From contig JAUCBJ010005463.1 of assembly GCA_032718475.1 (NCBI GenBank), forward strand, positions 6,875 to 70,874: a stretch of DNA of 64,000 bases. Direction: 5' to 3'. Position 1 is the first letter of the stretch; the number at the start of each line of letters is the position of its first letter. The stretch is from Nemertoderma westbladi. Lineage: Eukaryota; Animalia; Xenacoelomorpha. A program made the position numbers and the translations under genes. Below are positions 1 to 11,518 of this stretch, piece by piece. The notes below the pieces were generated by a model. It searched no databases. It was not told where the DNA came from and was given only the letters and a program-made list of their open reading frames with translations.

Positions 1-15
1 GAAGATATACACAGG

Positions 16-3000
16 ATGGGAGTGGCTAAAGATATGATGGATCCAGCTGTTTGGAAGAGGTCGGCAGCAGGATATGTGCAGGGATTCTTCGGCTCCTTAG
101 AGAGATTAGAAGAACAACTGTTTCGACAACCCCAAGGACCTCAAGAGCAGGAAGAACTGCTATATCAAGTACGCGAAAGAACCCTACGCTTTCGACTAAT
201 CCTATCAGCTTTTGAGGAAACTTCCAAAAGAAGACAGGACACGTCACTGCAGGTTGCTGTCAAAACTTGGTTCCAGCGGGTAGGTCTCCAAGTACAAGAA
301 ACAGACCAGTGGAAATCCCAACTGTCTGAGAGACTAACTTATGAAGAACCAACCGATGCCACCCTTTCTCAAGTGGAAGGCGAAGAGACCTCAGAGAAAC
401 CACGAACGAGAGACGCCATAGACATTTATCTGTCCGACTATCAGCGATTCCTAGGAGACGAAGAATTGAGCAGACGGCTGTCTGGACTTTCCCCCAATAG
501 TGAAGGAACCCAGCGTGTGTTAGATTCAATCGATGCTGAAATGTTAGCGGCTAACCAAGCCGAGTTTGATGAAAAACTTCGCCTCACTAGAGTCCAAGAA
601 GAACTAGTAAAGAAAAAACGGATAGAGGACAAAAGGGCAGTGGCAGCGGCCAAAGCGGCAGCGTCAGTAGAAGAGGCAAAGGCGGCAGCGGCAGTGGAAG
701 CGGCAAAGGCAGTAGCAGAAGCAAATGCTGCAGCAACAGTGGAAGCAGCCAAAGCAGCAGCAGCAATAGCATTGGCAGACGCGGAACAGAGAGCGTCTGA
801 AGAGACCACCCAACTGGAGTTGGAGAATCTGCAAGAGACGCAAGACAACATAAATAAACAGTTAACTGCTAGTCACATGCAGATGATGAGAAAATCTACT
901 CCCAAACGCCAGGGCTATACTTCATCGGAGGAAAGCGAAACCACCGATCCTGAAGGCGGAGGAAATAGATCTCGTCTAAGCAGGCGTAGAAAAACATCTT
1001 ACCGTCACAAATTGCCTGATTTGCCTCCAGCTGTTAGAAGACAACTAGCTAACACAGACTTAAGTAGTATAGAACCTACAGACCAAACTATTCAGGTCAA
1101 AAGACTCCCAACAATAGTTGATGAGCCTGAAATAATTAGGCCTGTCGTTCCAAAAGTCACACCTGTGCTAGAGACCCCTGTACTTCCAGAGCTTAACTCT
1201 AAGTTCCCTTTACACAGTACTACACTGCCTGTACCCGGTAGAACAGTCCATGAGAATATCCCTGTCCTGGAAGCTGAGAGAGAAATCAAAGATTTGTCTC
1301 CCGTCGTCCCGCGTCAGCCCGCTACAATGTTGGCGACTCCCGCTGCGGCGGTCGAGTGGGTAGAAGAGGGACGGCGGGGGATGAACCTCCTGCTCGGACA
1401 GATGCAGGAGACTGTCCACCAGCTTAAGGGAACAGTAAGGGAAGGTAGGGCAGAATTGCAAGAAGTACAGCAAAGTATCGCACTGGAACGCGACAAATTA
1501 GTCAATATACAAAAAGGCATACCAATACCCCCTGTAACATTGTGTCAACCTGTTAGGTCTGAAGTATTACATGCGCAAGGTGTGGAGCCTACACGCATCT
1601 ATACTGCTAGTGAAGTTGAAACTCCTATAGCAAACCCTATTAAGGGTGATTATAGACCTGTTATTAATGATATCCCCTATAGACCTGACAATGATCCGAG
1701 AAATTTATATACCGATAATTCGATATTAAATAACACGATGGCCCAAGAAAGCTTTACGCGTCAGATGGCTAGAACAGAAGCCCGCCAAGCGGTCAAAGTG
1801 GGAGAGATCGTCAAATTCAATGGAGATGAGATGAAATGGTTACCTTTCAACGAATATTACAAAGACAGCATACAGAACTCTGTGCTATCTAACGGAGAGA
1901 AACTTAGGTTCCTCATCAAGTGCTTGGAAGGACCTCCCAAGTTAATTGGACATCCAGAAGGATTAAGACAAGTTTGGGATACATTAAACATCAGGTATGG
2001 TAACAAGGATAACATAGCTAAGTATTTGTATGCAAAATTAGTAGCCCCCCGACACTTCCTTAGTAGCGGGATTATAGAGTTTTCCAATGAAATTCAGGAG
2101 ATCTGTAGACAATTGGACTGGTTAGGTAAGTCTCATGAATATCAGAGTTCAATGGTTATTGGAGCCGTAGTCTCTACTTTACCAAAGGGTGGAGTATGTA
2201 CACGCTGGGACAAGAAAGTGTTGTACATGAATGAACAACAACGACGAAGTCCTACCATGGCTGATCTCATGTCCTTCTTAGATAGTGAAGTAAAATTACA
2301 ACTCATAAAGCAGTCCAGAGAGAAAACATCGGAAAATAAGGTAAGTGAGAAACCCGTTTCTAGGAGAAGGATAATACCAGTGTGTTATACTGACGATGGC
2401 GAAAGCCAAGCTTCTCAAGAAGAGGACAGCGGGAAAGACACAGCAAAATCTTACTATGACAACAAGACCTATAAAGACGTAAGTAAATACAAGTCTCGAA
2501 CCAGTGACAGGAGAGAACAGGTAACAACAACTCCTCCTACGTCTCCTAAGAGAATTCACGGAAGAAAGCCCGAAGAAAGAACGAGAGTGCATAACGTTAC
2601 CCAAGGTAAGGTGAGTAACATCAAACCAAAATGTGCGCTGTGCGACGGGCCCCACCGTTTGAGTGCGTGTGCTGAATTTCTAAAGAAATCCCTTGTAGAC
2701 AGACATACAGTCCTGTGGAATAAGCGGTTATGCTATAATTGCCTCAGATCAGGACACCAACGGCGAACCTGTTACTCCGACATAAAGTGTGCAAAGTGTG
2801 GCGCGAAACATCACATCTTGTTACACAGTGAGTTCGAACGAGACAAACAGAGTCAGGTAAGTGAGCCCGAACTACATGTCCAATTCAGTGATGTAAATGA
2901 CACTGATCAGGAGTCTGAGATGGAAGGATTCTATACTGACGAATTCTCCGACGCCAACGAATCCTGTTATCTAATCAATACCGCAATGTATCGAGCACTT

Positions 3001-4044
3001 ACTTATGGAAAGGACACCAACAATGAGTTTCCCCCAACTACTTTTGCTCCAACTTCCAACGTAGGAATCAGAGAATTTCCTGTAGTGCAGGTAAGAGTTC
3101 ACGGTCCTAACAAAAGTTACATAGTGAACGCCCTCCTTGACTCCGGCAGCACAGGAACATTCATCGATCAAGAACTAGCCGAAGATATCTTTGCTGGACA
3201 ACCCAAATTCCGGACTAAATTAAATATGTCAGGAATTATGCAGGTTTGGGAATCTACCCTAACGGCAGACTACTATGTAGGTGTGTTGTCCACCCCCCAG
3301 GATAAATTAGGAGCACAAGGTATAAGGTCGGTAAAAATGGTGGCTATAAAGAACTTCGCTACTACCCAAGCAGACCTTTATAATTGGGACGAGGATGAGA
3401 GCATCCAACATCTTAAGATACCTCGATTCCAGACAGATTATCCTGGAGTGCAAATACTCATTGGCCAAAACGCGCATGAGGCGCTCGAGACATTGGAGAA
3501 ACGGCCTGCTCAACCGCAGCCACTACAAACCTATGCGGTAAGAACTAGAGTAGGTTGGTACTTCACTGGCCCTTCCCGTAGAACTCTCAAAGAGAGATTA
3601 CCTCAACAACAGGTATACCAAGTAAACGAATGGGAAGTGGAGAGCAGTGATGTGGACGATCCAACTGAGGGAACACCATACTCCTCAGATAATGACGATA
3701 TTAACTCCAATGTAGATCAATGGAGACATTGCCTCGGGACGATTAATCCAGCCGACATTGCTTCCAGAGGAGCAACTCCTCAAGAACTGATAGATAATCC
3801 AGGCTGGTTAGGTGGATCCGACTTCTTAAGTAAAGAAGAAGAAGAATGGCCTCCTCATCTTACCCCGGTGAAGATTAGACAGACCAAGGGAGCGGAGAAA
3901 GTAACACAACAACTAAATCGCCCAGCTAGTCGTTTATGTTTACTGGAAAGAGACCGAAAACTGTCCGGAAACTATGGAAGGCAAGATACTCTTCCTACGA
4001 CCACTTCCCTAATCCGACAAATATCTAGGGACTCCATAACGTAA
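16..4044 (+). CDS. BEL/Pao Gag-protease polyprotein with RT/RNaseH and integrase removed by in-frame deletions; frame is open from base 1, true start is upstream
   Basis: FNGDEMKW..F Gag motif; triple Cys/His knuckles CALCDGPHRLSAC, CYNCLRSGHQRRTC, CAKCGAKHH; aspartic protease LLDSGS; short RNaseH remnant WRHCLGTINPADIASRG; terminal RPASRLCLLE motif. Confidence 0.9.
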   Translation: MGVAKDMMDPAVWKRSAAGYVQGFFGSLERLEEQLFRQPQGPQEQEELLYQVRERTLRFRLILSAFEETSKRRQDTSLQVAVKTWFQRVGLQVQETDQWKSQLSERLTYEEPTDATLSQVEGEETSEKPRTRDAIDIYLSDYQRFLGDEELSRRLSGLSPNSEGTQRVLDSIDAEMLAANQAEFDEKLRLTRVQEELVKKKRIEDKRAVAAAKAAASVEEAKAAAAVEAAKAVAEANAAATVEAAKAAAAIALADAEQRASEETTQLELENLQETQDNINKQLTASHMQMMRKSTPKRQGYTSSEESETTDPEGGGNRSRLSRRRKTSYRHKLPDLPPAVRRQLANTDLSSIEPTDQTIQVKRLPTIVDEPEIIRPVVPKVTPVLETPVLPELNSKFPLHSTTLPVPGRTVHENIPVLEAEREIKDLSPVVPRQPATMLATPAAAVEWVEEGRRGMNLLLGQMQETVHQLKGTVREGRAELQEVQQSIALERDKLVNIQKGIPIPPVTLCQPVRSEVLHAQGVEPTRIYTASEVETPIANPIKGDYRPVINDIPYRPDNDPRNLYTDNSILNNTMAQESFTRQMARTEARQAVKVGEIVKFNGDEMKWLPFNEYYKDSIQNSVLSNGEKLRFLIKCLEGPPKLIGHPEGLRQVWDTLNIRYGNKDNIAKYLYAKLVAPRHFLSSGIIEFSNEIQEICRQLDWLGKSHEYQSSMVIGAVVSTLPKGGVCTRWDKKVLYMNEQQRRSPTMADLMSFLDSEVKLQLIKQSREKTSENKVSEKPVSRRRIIPVCYTDDGESQASQEEDSGKDTAKSYYDNKTYKDVSKYKSRTSDRREQVTTTPPTSPKRIHGRKPEERTRVHNVTQGKVSNIKPKCALCDGPHRLSACAEFLKKSLVDRHTVLWNKRLCYNCLRSGHQRRTCYSDIKCAKCGAKHHILLHSEFERDKQSQVSEPELHVQFSDVNDTDQESEMEGFYTDEFSDANESCYLINTAMYRALTYGKDTNNEFPPTTFAPTSNVGIREFPVVQVRVHGPNKSYIVNALLDSGSTGTFIDQELAEDIFAGQPKFRTKLNMSGIMQVWESTLTADYYVGVLSTPQDKLGAQGIRSVKMVAIKNFATTQADLYNWDEDESIQHLKIPRFQTDYPGVQILIGQNAHEALETLEKRPAQPQPLQTYAVRTRVGWYFTGPSRRTLKERLPQQQVYQVNEWEVESSDVDDPTEGTPYSSDNDDINSNVDQWRHCLGTINPADIASRGATPQELIDNPGWLGGSDFLSKEEEEWPPHLTPVKIRQTKGAEKVTQQLNRPASRLCLLERDRKLSGNYGRQDTLPTTTSLIRQISRDSIT

Positions 4045-5673
4045 TAACATATGGAGTGGGCGTGTGACCATATTATTTTATATTTGTTTTTATTTTATAT
4101 TTATGTATGTATTATTATGTACTTTATTATAATCGTTTTTATTCAATTTTATTTAGTAGAATGTTATTTTAGTGATTATTTAGTAGATTAGTGCAATATA
4201 TTAGTGTTTATTACGTACGTAATTACTTATAATATATATTAGTGCGACGGCGAGAAATAATTATTTTTTCTCTTTCCTTACTGTCCGTATCATATTGTAA
4301 ATACGTGACTACAGTAAGATGAAATGTCCGTACTTAGTAAAGTACAATAAAGCCACTACTATATTCAAGTATTATTGGTAGGCAGAGTATTAGGAATGCA
4401 AAGTTCAGATCCTCGTGTCTCGGCTAAACCAAGCTCTGGGTAGACCTTGGAAACGACTTGCCTCTTCACACTGACATTGCTTTGTGCGATATTGCTCTCA
4501 TACCATATATAATAATACATATAGTAGCGTGATGTCCCTCTAACAGTAGCGTAAAACGCAAATAAATCTGTTAAACTTTTTGACCATCTGTAATTCTAGT
4601 CGATTAAGATATCGCGGCACCCACCGATATACTTGAAAGACAAATTCTAGAATCAATGGTTAACGTCCCCAGACAAGTTCTGGAATAAATCGGTGCCCAT
4701 CTTAAATATTAATTTAATATTTGTTAAAATCTGTAAAATTCAGATCTGTTAACAATTCTAGTCGATTAAGATATCGTAGCACTTCCCGATACTCTTAAAA
4801 GACAAATTTCATAGAATTAAGGATCCTATGTCCCCAGACCTGCTCTGGAATCAAATTGTGTCAATTTTAACATCAAATAATAAAATTCACGGGAATAAAT
4901 TTAAATTCATATTTTTAAATGAATTTCATAAATTGTCATTTTGTACAATTTATAACATTCCCAAAATTCCATTAATTAATAGATCGTGGGAGCGGAGATT
5001 CATCCTGTTGAGTGTATTAGAGTGCGAGAATCTCCAACATATAGTCAATAGCCGATAAAATTAATAAAATCATGCATAAAGAGGATATTGACAATTAAAG
5101 AATTATTATTAAATAGCATCCCAGATCTGTATGCATGAGAATTACCCTAATTCTACCGCTAGCATTCCATAATGTCACCATAGCAACACCCACGCTAGAA
5201 TTAGAAGCAAGTTAAAAGAACAATAGAAAGCTTGTCCCATTGCATAGCATAGAGAATACATAGCACACTGTTAGTATCCAAGGATACACAGTAATAAAGT
5301 GACATTCTGGAAGGCACTGACTAACGGACAAATGGCCTGTGTGTGTGCAGTTGTTGACAGTTGTGTGGAATTTGTGCGTTTGTAGGTGAATGTTACTGCT
5401 AAGGTGTGTTTACAGTAGCTAGTCGCAATTGTGAAAGTAGCCCAACTCTCCTATAGAAAGAACCTAAAGTGGATTCAAGCCTTTGGGACGGACAGTGGAG
5501 TGACTTGTGCCGGTTATCGTTGTCGTGATGTTGCTACATGTTGGCGTAAACACCACGACGACGGTACATCGGCGCTGAGAATCCCACTGTCCGGGGGCAA
5601 AGAGAAGTAGGCAGCGACGTCCGCTCGCCTAAACATAAACTCATTTCGATATTAATAAACTCAGATAGCAGGT

Positions 5674-7125
5674 ATGACGGAGTTGATAGAAGATGATCTT
5701 GGTATCAGGGAGCGATATACTCTACCTTTGCCAGCATTTGTGGATAGCTTGATACGCGGTGAAACCGATCCAACCATTACGGAGGACGATGGTCGTTATA
5801 TCGAACCGCCGATGTCCCAAGAGCAACTTACGCGTGAATTGGACTAGCGAAAATTCACCTCTCGCTATACGCATCGTAATGGTACGTATATGGACTTCCT
5901 AACTACCGGCCATCCTATCGATTTACATGATACGGACGATGTAGACACCGAAAGGGAAATGGTTCTATTTAAATATCATACCCAGCGGAGTCGTAACGAT
6001 AAACCGAGAATAGATCACGAAAATTCTATTCGTAACAGACTGGGAAGACGAACCAATATGCCTAGAATCTGAGGAGATTCAGCCTATCGCGCCCGGAACA
6101 GCGACAACGACTACATCATAGAATGGTATCAAGGTCCACAGTGTCTCACTGCGTACGATTATCGACATGCCAACTATGTTTCTAGGCAACGTTGTCGGTT
6201 ATGCGCATCGAGAGACCATGTTACGCCCATGGACACAAACGTCGTCCGCTGTTCCTATTTCCACGAACAACCGGCGATGGAAATTTATTGCGTGTATTGC
6301 AGACTCAATAACTTGCACATTTTTGCGGTTTGCCCTCAATTTATGACTCAATGTCACCATTGTCAACTAAAGGGACACGCCAGTTTCGATTGCCCTTTTG
6401 ATCACAACTTGGAAAGCGTAGATGAAATGATCACACTACGTTACATCAGAGCTTGTGAAGCGAACGCTGATTTACATTGTGATTCGCGCCATCATTATTA
6501 TCCTGGACGCGCTTACGAAGGAATTTATGCGTTCCATCCTTATCTATTCGCTTCTGTCGAACAGAAATCACGCATATCGAGTTACGAACTACTGAAGCGC
6601 GTCGGAGAATGTATTTCAACTAAATTCGTACGCAAATTTCTCAGGAGTGTTAATCCTAGCGACCTTCATTCCTCTAACTTAATCAATTATATCCGTCAGG
6701 ATCCGGACTATGGAGACTTGTTTGTTAACTCACACCCCGAGTTACAGGAAGTACATCGACGGCCTTACGAATACCGAGCCCGCGAACGCGAGTTGGAAAG
6801 GACCATTAAACCCCGGAGGTTTCTAACTGCCTATGGTCCACCCACGGCCCTCGTTCAGACCACTCGTAAAGGACCCGTAAGAGCGGCTGTCTTGAAACGA
6901 GCTCTCAAAGCCGTTAGACCCCTCTCCCCGGACGTTGATGTCAATCAACCCGGTACTTCGACTGGCGGATACACCGACCATAATCCTACACCCTCTGATG
7001 CAATCATATTGCACCCTTCACCCAGGAGTTATAGCCCTCCTTGTAAAGTGGCTCGCCCCAAAGAGAAAAGGACTCTGGCTAGCTTTAAAAAACTGCGTAA
7101 ACGCCGTCCGCGCAAGAAAGACTAA
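5674..7125 (+). pseudogene. Extra 3' ORF (ORF3) of element A: zinc-knuckle protein with basic C-terminus, two nonsense codons
   Basis: ATG 5674, ORF 5890-6072 and ORF 6229-7125 are all in one frame, broken only by TAG 5845 (TAT in copy B) and TGA 6070. Contains CRLCASRDH..C, CVYCRLNNLHIFAVC and CHHCQLKGHASFDC, and ends KKLRKRRPRKKD. Confidence 0.75.
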
Positions 7126-7203
7126 CTGTTTAGAGTATTTACGTATATTAGAAACTGTGATTTTGTATATTTTATAGACTTAAATCCCATTTTCTGGGAG
7201 CGG

Positions 7204-8490
7204 TGTAAAAGCTTCTGTGGGATATAACTGGCCCCTTTGCTTCGCAATCCAGTTTCCCCCCAGGCGCTGGAATACTCTAAAAGGGTTCTCTAACTGTATA
7301 AATATTCCCCTCGCCCTCAAGGTACCGTTACAGGTGTTTTAACGGACATAAAAGTCATTCTGCTATATACGTGTTTTAGCGGACATGGTAAGACAAAAAA
7401 CCTGCAATGCGACAAATACCTTTCATAGCTTAGCCGTGATGATTCATATTACGACATCTAACAGCTGGTTGCTGACATGGAAACAGCCATTGGACGCATG
7501 GTTCTTTGTTTGGCTTGAACCAATCAGAGCGATTTTTCCTGTCGACGTGTAGCTTTTCGGTCGATCATAAGGAGTGTGTTCAGTCTTACGTTTTTTTCTT
7601 GATACTTTGTTGTTATTGCTGTCTAGGCCAGGAACAACGGCTCTAGAGTCAATTCGTTTCATACTTTTAGAAGAAACATTAGTAGGCTTAAATTATAGAG
7701 CGTATGACTGTTATCAATTCAATTCAGTCTATATCATAACACATCATATATTAATTTATATCAACTTGTTTCTATTCTTGTATTATCGGTTCAATATACA
7801 TTATTATACTGCTGTTTACTATCGTGTTTGGTTGAACATTATTTGGAGAACATCTATAAAGAACCCAAATTTCCCAATTTTCTTGATACACTACAGGTTA
7901 GAGAGACGGGTTATATATAGCGATTGCGACTTATATTATTGTGGTTTGTAGTGAATTTAATGCTATTTGATAAGCACTACATGAGTCCGTTGCTGTTCGC
8001 TTTATATATGATAAAATTCATTGACGGTCGGCAAATTAGTGAGCAGTATTGTGTGTTACCGGTAGTGTGCATGATTGTGATTGATAACTAAGCATTTCCT
8101 AAAGAATGCGCCTCATACATGAATCATAAGCCTTACCGACTTACCGTTGTGATTAGTGTAAGTCATATCTCTGTTTACCTAGATAGAGCGCCACGTCCTA
8201 AAGGAACTGTTAATATTTCCCGAAAGTAAATAATATTAGTCAGAAATTAATTATTAACGATCAATCGAATAATACAATACCGTAAGCTTCACTGCAATAA
8301 TAATTTAAGCCCTCAGAATCCAGTCTCCCGGGATTATCCAGCGGGTGAATGGACGCGCACTAGGCTGGCTTCTGCTAATGTTGTGTTTATTGGTATTAAA
8401 TATTTGTCAACTTCTAAAGTCTATTTATAAACCAAAAGACATATAAATTTTGGCAGGTTAAACTGCTAAAGGTCTTCAAAAGCGCGTACA
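7204..8490 (+). repeat. 3' LTR of element A (1287 bp)
   Basis: TG...CA ends, preceded by a purine-rich tract. Clearly homologous to the reverse complement of B's LTRs (e.g. TAGAGCGCCACGTCCTAAAGGAACTGTTAATATTTCC and TTTGGCAGGTTAAACTGCTAAAGGTCT). Confidence 0.85.
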
Positions 8491-8904
8491 TTTGGTTATC
8501 TTGTGCAGCTGCCTGTTTTGCTGCTACCTCCCCCCCCCAGACTGTTATACCCCCATATTTACCATTTACCTCCTACCCCCACCCCACCCCCCCCCCCCCC
8601 CCCACACACACACAGTGCTGTTACATTCCTGTTTCCCCCTCATGTACATTATTTTTTTACTCCTTCCCTTATTAGTAACTACATCGTTTATTGTTTTGGT
8701 GAGAAAACCCATCCCTGTAACCTGATCCTTTCCCTCAATTGGTAATAACATAGTTTATTGGTTTGGTCAGAATATGTTATTATTATTGTTGTTATTTCAT
8801 TGCTTGGCAGTGATGAGAATTGTAATACTGTAATATATTGTATGTGTATGGGTGGTAACCGGAATCACTAAGTGCGATGGGGGATAACATGAATGGGAGG
8901 GAAT

Positions 8905-9100
8905 TATTGTGCCCATGATTAATGTTTGTGCCCTTGATTAATACGTGTCCCTCATTTAATATTTGTGTCCCTCATTAATCTTTGTGTTCCTCATCAATGT
9001 TTGTGACCCACATTAATGTTTGTCCCTCTGATTAATGTTTGTCCCTCATTAATGTTTGTGACGCTGATAAATATCTGTCCCTCATTTAATGTTTGTGTCC
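8905..9100. repeat. Degenerate ~21-23 bp tandem repeat (CCCTCATTAATGTTTGTG-like)
   Basis: About 9 imperfect units visible. Confidence 0.7.
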
Positions 9101-9842
9101 AGATCGCTATGGGTTTCCGTACGTTTTGGACGACTTGGTCAGCAACTTTAATTTGAGTAACATTAACTTTTAGTCTACGTTATATGTATGAGGCATCTTT
9201 TACAGCAACAAACTTCGCGTTTACATAGAGCAACTTGATCGGCAACCTAACTTGCTTACCAAACTGCTGACAAAGTTGCTCAAAATGTTGTCACGTAGAA
9301 AAAAAAAGAGTATTTAATTATTCATCATGATGTACTGTAAGTTAATTTTAACTTTAACGTAGCTGTAACCCTGTAGCTAGACTTTGTTCTTACTGTAGAG
9401 TACCACTCAAGCCTATATTTTGTACTTAGAGTTCCGCTTGCTTGAATCGAACTTTTGTTCTTATACTAATAGTTCTGCATTTGGCTACATTTTGTTCAAT
9501 TTGTATTGATACATGATTCTAACAGCAGTCCCGTACTTATTTTATAAGCAATTAATACCAAAATATCAAACACTTATGGAGCCCCAAAAGATACCGATTT
9601 GAATTAAAAAAAAATTCCCAATTCAAATTCAAAGTGTTAGCTATATTATATGTGATTATTTGTTATTATTGCGTTCACAGGTAATACTAACACCTGCTCA
9701 TTTGCTAGTTAACATGTTAGATAGCACGTATTAGCTAATAACAAATGCGCACATGTATTACGTGCGCTCTACGCACTAAGGATGCACGATACACCTTGTC
9801 TCTAGTAATTATGATATATTTTGCGTGTTTTTTGTAAAAAAA

Positions 9843-10080
9843 GCGGGGGTAGCTCAGTTGGTTGAGCGCCGGGCCTGCAATCTAATGGTTGTAGGTCCAG
9901 CCCCGCCAGGGTCCACTCAGCCTTTCATCCACTGGGGTCGATAAAATGAGTACCTGTTAAATAACTGGGAGCAAATCTTGGGATAGGAGTAGCGCCCACC
10001 CCTACCCTCGGGTAGCAGCTATCGAAAGAGGAGCCTTCGGGTCGCCTCCGGCTTCGGCCGACTGTTTGCTTTTGCTTTGC
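9843..10080 (+). mobile_element. tRNA-derived SINE with Nin/Deu-type core and (TTTGC)n tail
   Basis: tRNA-like head GGGGTAGCTCAGTTGGTTGAGCG..CTGCAAT; core CACTCAGCCTTTCATCC..GGGGTCGATAAAATGAGTACC; simple-repeat tail; TSD TTTTGTAAAAA at 9830-9840 and 10081-10091. Confidence 0.8.
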
Positions 10081-10387
10081 TTTTGTAAAAATTCGGACTT
10101 ATGGTGTTTTGACAAATTGAGGATACCATGTTTTCTGGCATTACCCCGAGTACGCTGCGCAGACACTAAATTTGCCATAACTTTTGAGTGCTTTCATGGA
10201 TTTTACTCAAATTACGTGCAAACACCTTTTCTACGTCAATGCTCTTTGTACACAATCAATAAAATTTAATGATGAAATATGTCAAAAAATTTAAATCACA
10301 AAAAAGTTAAATCACACTATTTCTATTAAATCCCACAATTAAATAAACCAATCTACTGTAGGTTTTGATTTTGTTTAATTTTCATAA

Positions 10388-10557
10388 GTCGAATCAAATC
10401 GAATATTTTTTTTAGACTTTCGATTCGATTTCGTCATTTTTCGATTCGATTCGATTTCTGGAAAAATCGCTTTCGATTCGATTTCGACCCAGTAAAATTC
10501 GTTCGATGCGATTCAATTTTCGATTCGATGTCGATTCGACCCCAGTCGCAGTCCCTC
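10388..10557 (-). repeat. (AATCG)n subterminal array, probable end of a non-autonomous DNA transposon
   Basis: Dense TCGAT/AATCG pentamers ending in a TIR-like AGGGACTGCGACTGGGG on the minus strand. No partner end found. Confidence 0.45.
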
Positions 10558-10624
10558 CCTGCCTTGTAGTTAGTGAATCTGGTGCTGCTTGCTGCTTGGG
10601 TTCGGGTTTTGGCTGCTGATAGGC

Positions 10625-10960
10625 TTGGGGCACCTTGGACTACATTTGCTATATTCGTTGTGAATTTCCCCATTGGAGACCCTACCGCAATTGCTTCCTG
10701 CGTAATGTTTCTGTAGTAGCTTCCTCTGTACGACTCTCGAGAGCTCAATGATTCTAAAAACTTTTATTGGCGTCTTCCTATGATGCTACTGATAGGGTTC
10801 TCTGTGCCGGGTGTGGAAGCCCGTACTGATAATAACTGCTTTAGAGTTCGGAAGAATATTTTACATACTGATTTAATGTTCGGAGACAGCCATGTTTCGC
10901 ACCCATACTGTATAATAACGATGATTGCGGAACAGCTTGCCTGACTGTCTTATTTATTAG
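10625..10960 (-). pseudogene. Old LINE ORF2, C-terminal fragment
   Basis: Minus-strand IIQYGCETWLSPNIKSVCKIFFRTLKQLLSVRASTP, the typical post-RT LYGCETW motif. Joins the 18261 fragment across element C. Confidence 0.7.
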
Positions 10961-11518
10961 TGTGACGGGATCGGTCGACCCCGATTTATCCGGTTGTTTG
11001 CTTACGCGTCCCCGCCGTGTGTATGTGGAAAGAGTTCTGGTTGAGAGTCTAAGTATCCTTGGTATGTATAATAACTGAGAACAGATGATTGATAATAACT
11101 GAATGAGTACCGGTAAGATAGTAACTGAATGATGATGGTGGCGACGATGGTAACAAAGTCATCGCTCTGCCCTGACTGCACTGAGATAACTGAGCAAATA
11201 ACATGGTTACCGGTAGTATATATTGCACCGTTGGCCGCATTACATTACTCAGTCGATGCTTGCCCTCCCATTGGCTGATAGCTCACTTCTCGCCCTCCCA
11301 TCTCTCTAGGAGTGTTCCTCCCCCGCTACTGTTATTCTCTCTCCCCTGGAGGTATAACCTCTGACCCCCATTAAGCGTACGTCCTCTGGGGTTTCTTGTC
11401 CCCTTTTTATTGGGGTGATACAAGGTTGATTGTTAATCAACCTTGTACTCCCAATATTGCTTAAGGCGCTCTTTCCCACTTTATGGGGGTTGGTGTGGCA
11501 GAATTGAATACGCTCACA
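10961..11518 (-). repeat. 3' LTR of element C (558 bp)
   Basis: TGTGAC...CTCACA; matches 17727-18260. Confidence 0.9.

Larger units (their letters stand above)
1..8490 (+). mobile_element. BEL/Pao LTR retrotransposon copy A, 5' part outside the window, internally deleted (no RT or integrase core)
   Basis: Gag-protease ORF colinear with element B. Shares B's 3' internal region. PPT-like CTGGGAGCGG is followed by an LTR running TGTAAAAG(7204)...GCGTACA(8490). Confidence 0.9.

Noticed and set aside
8491-8505. TTTGGTTATC after LTR A as a PBS (making it a 5' LTR)
   Set aside because: The LTR is preceded by a PPT and the element body, and no internal element sequence follows. It is most likely flank/TSD.
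9843-9915. tRNA-Cys(GCA) gene
   Set aside because: T-arm and acceptor stem are degenerate, and it runs into a SINE core, tail and TSD.
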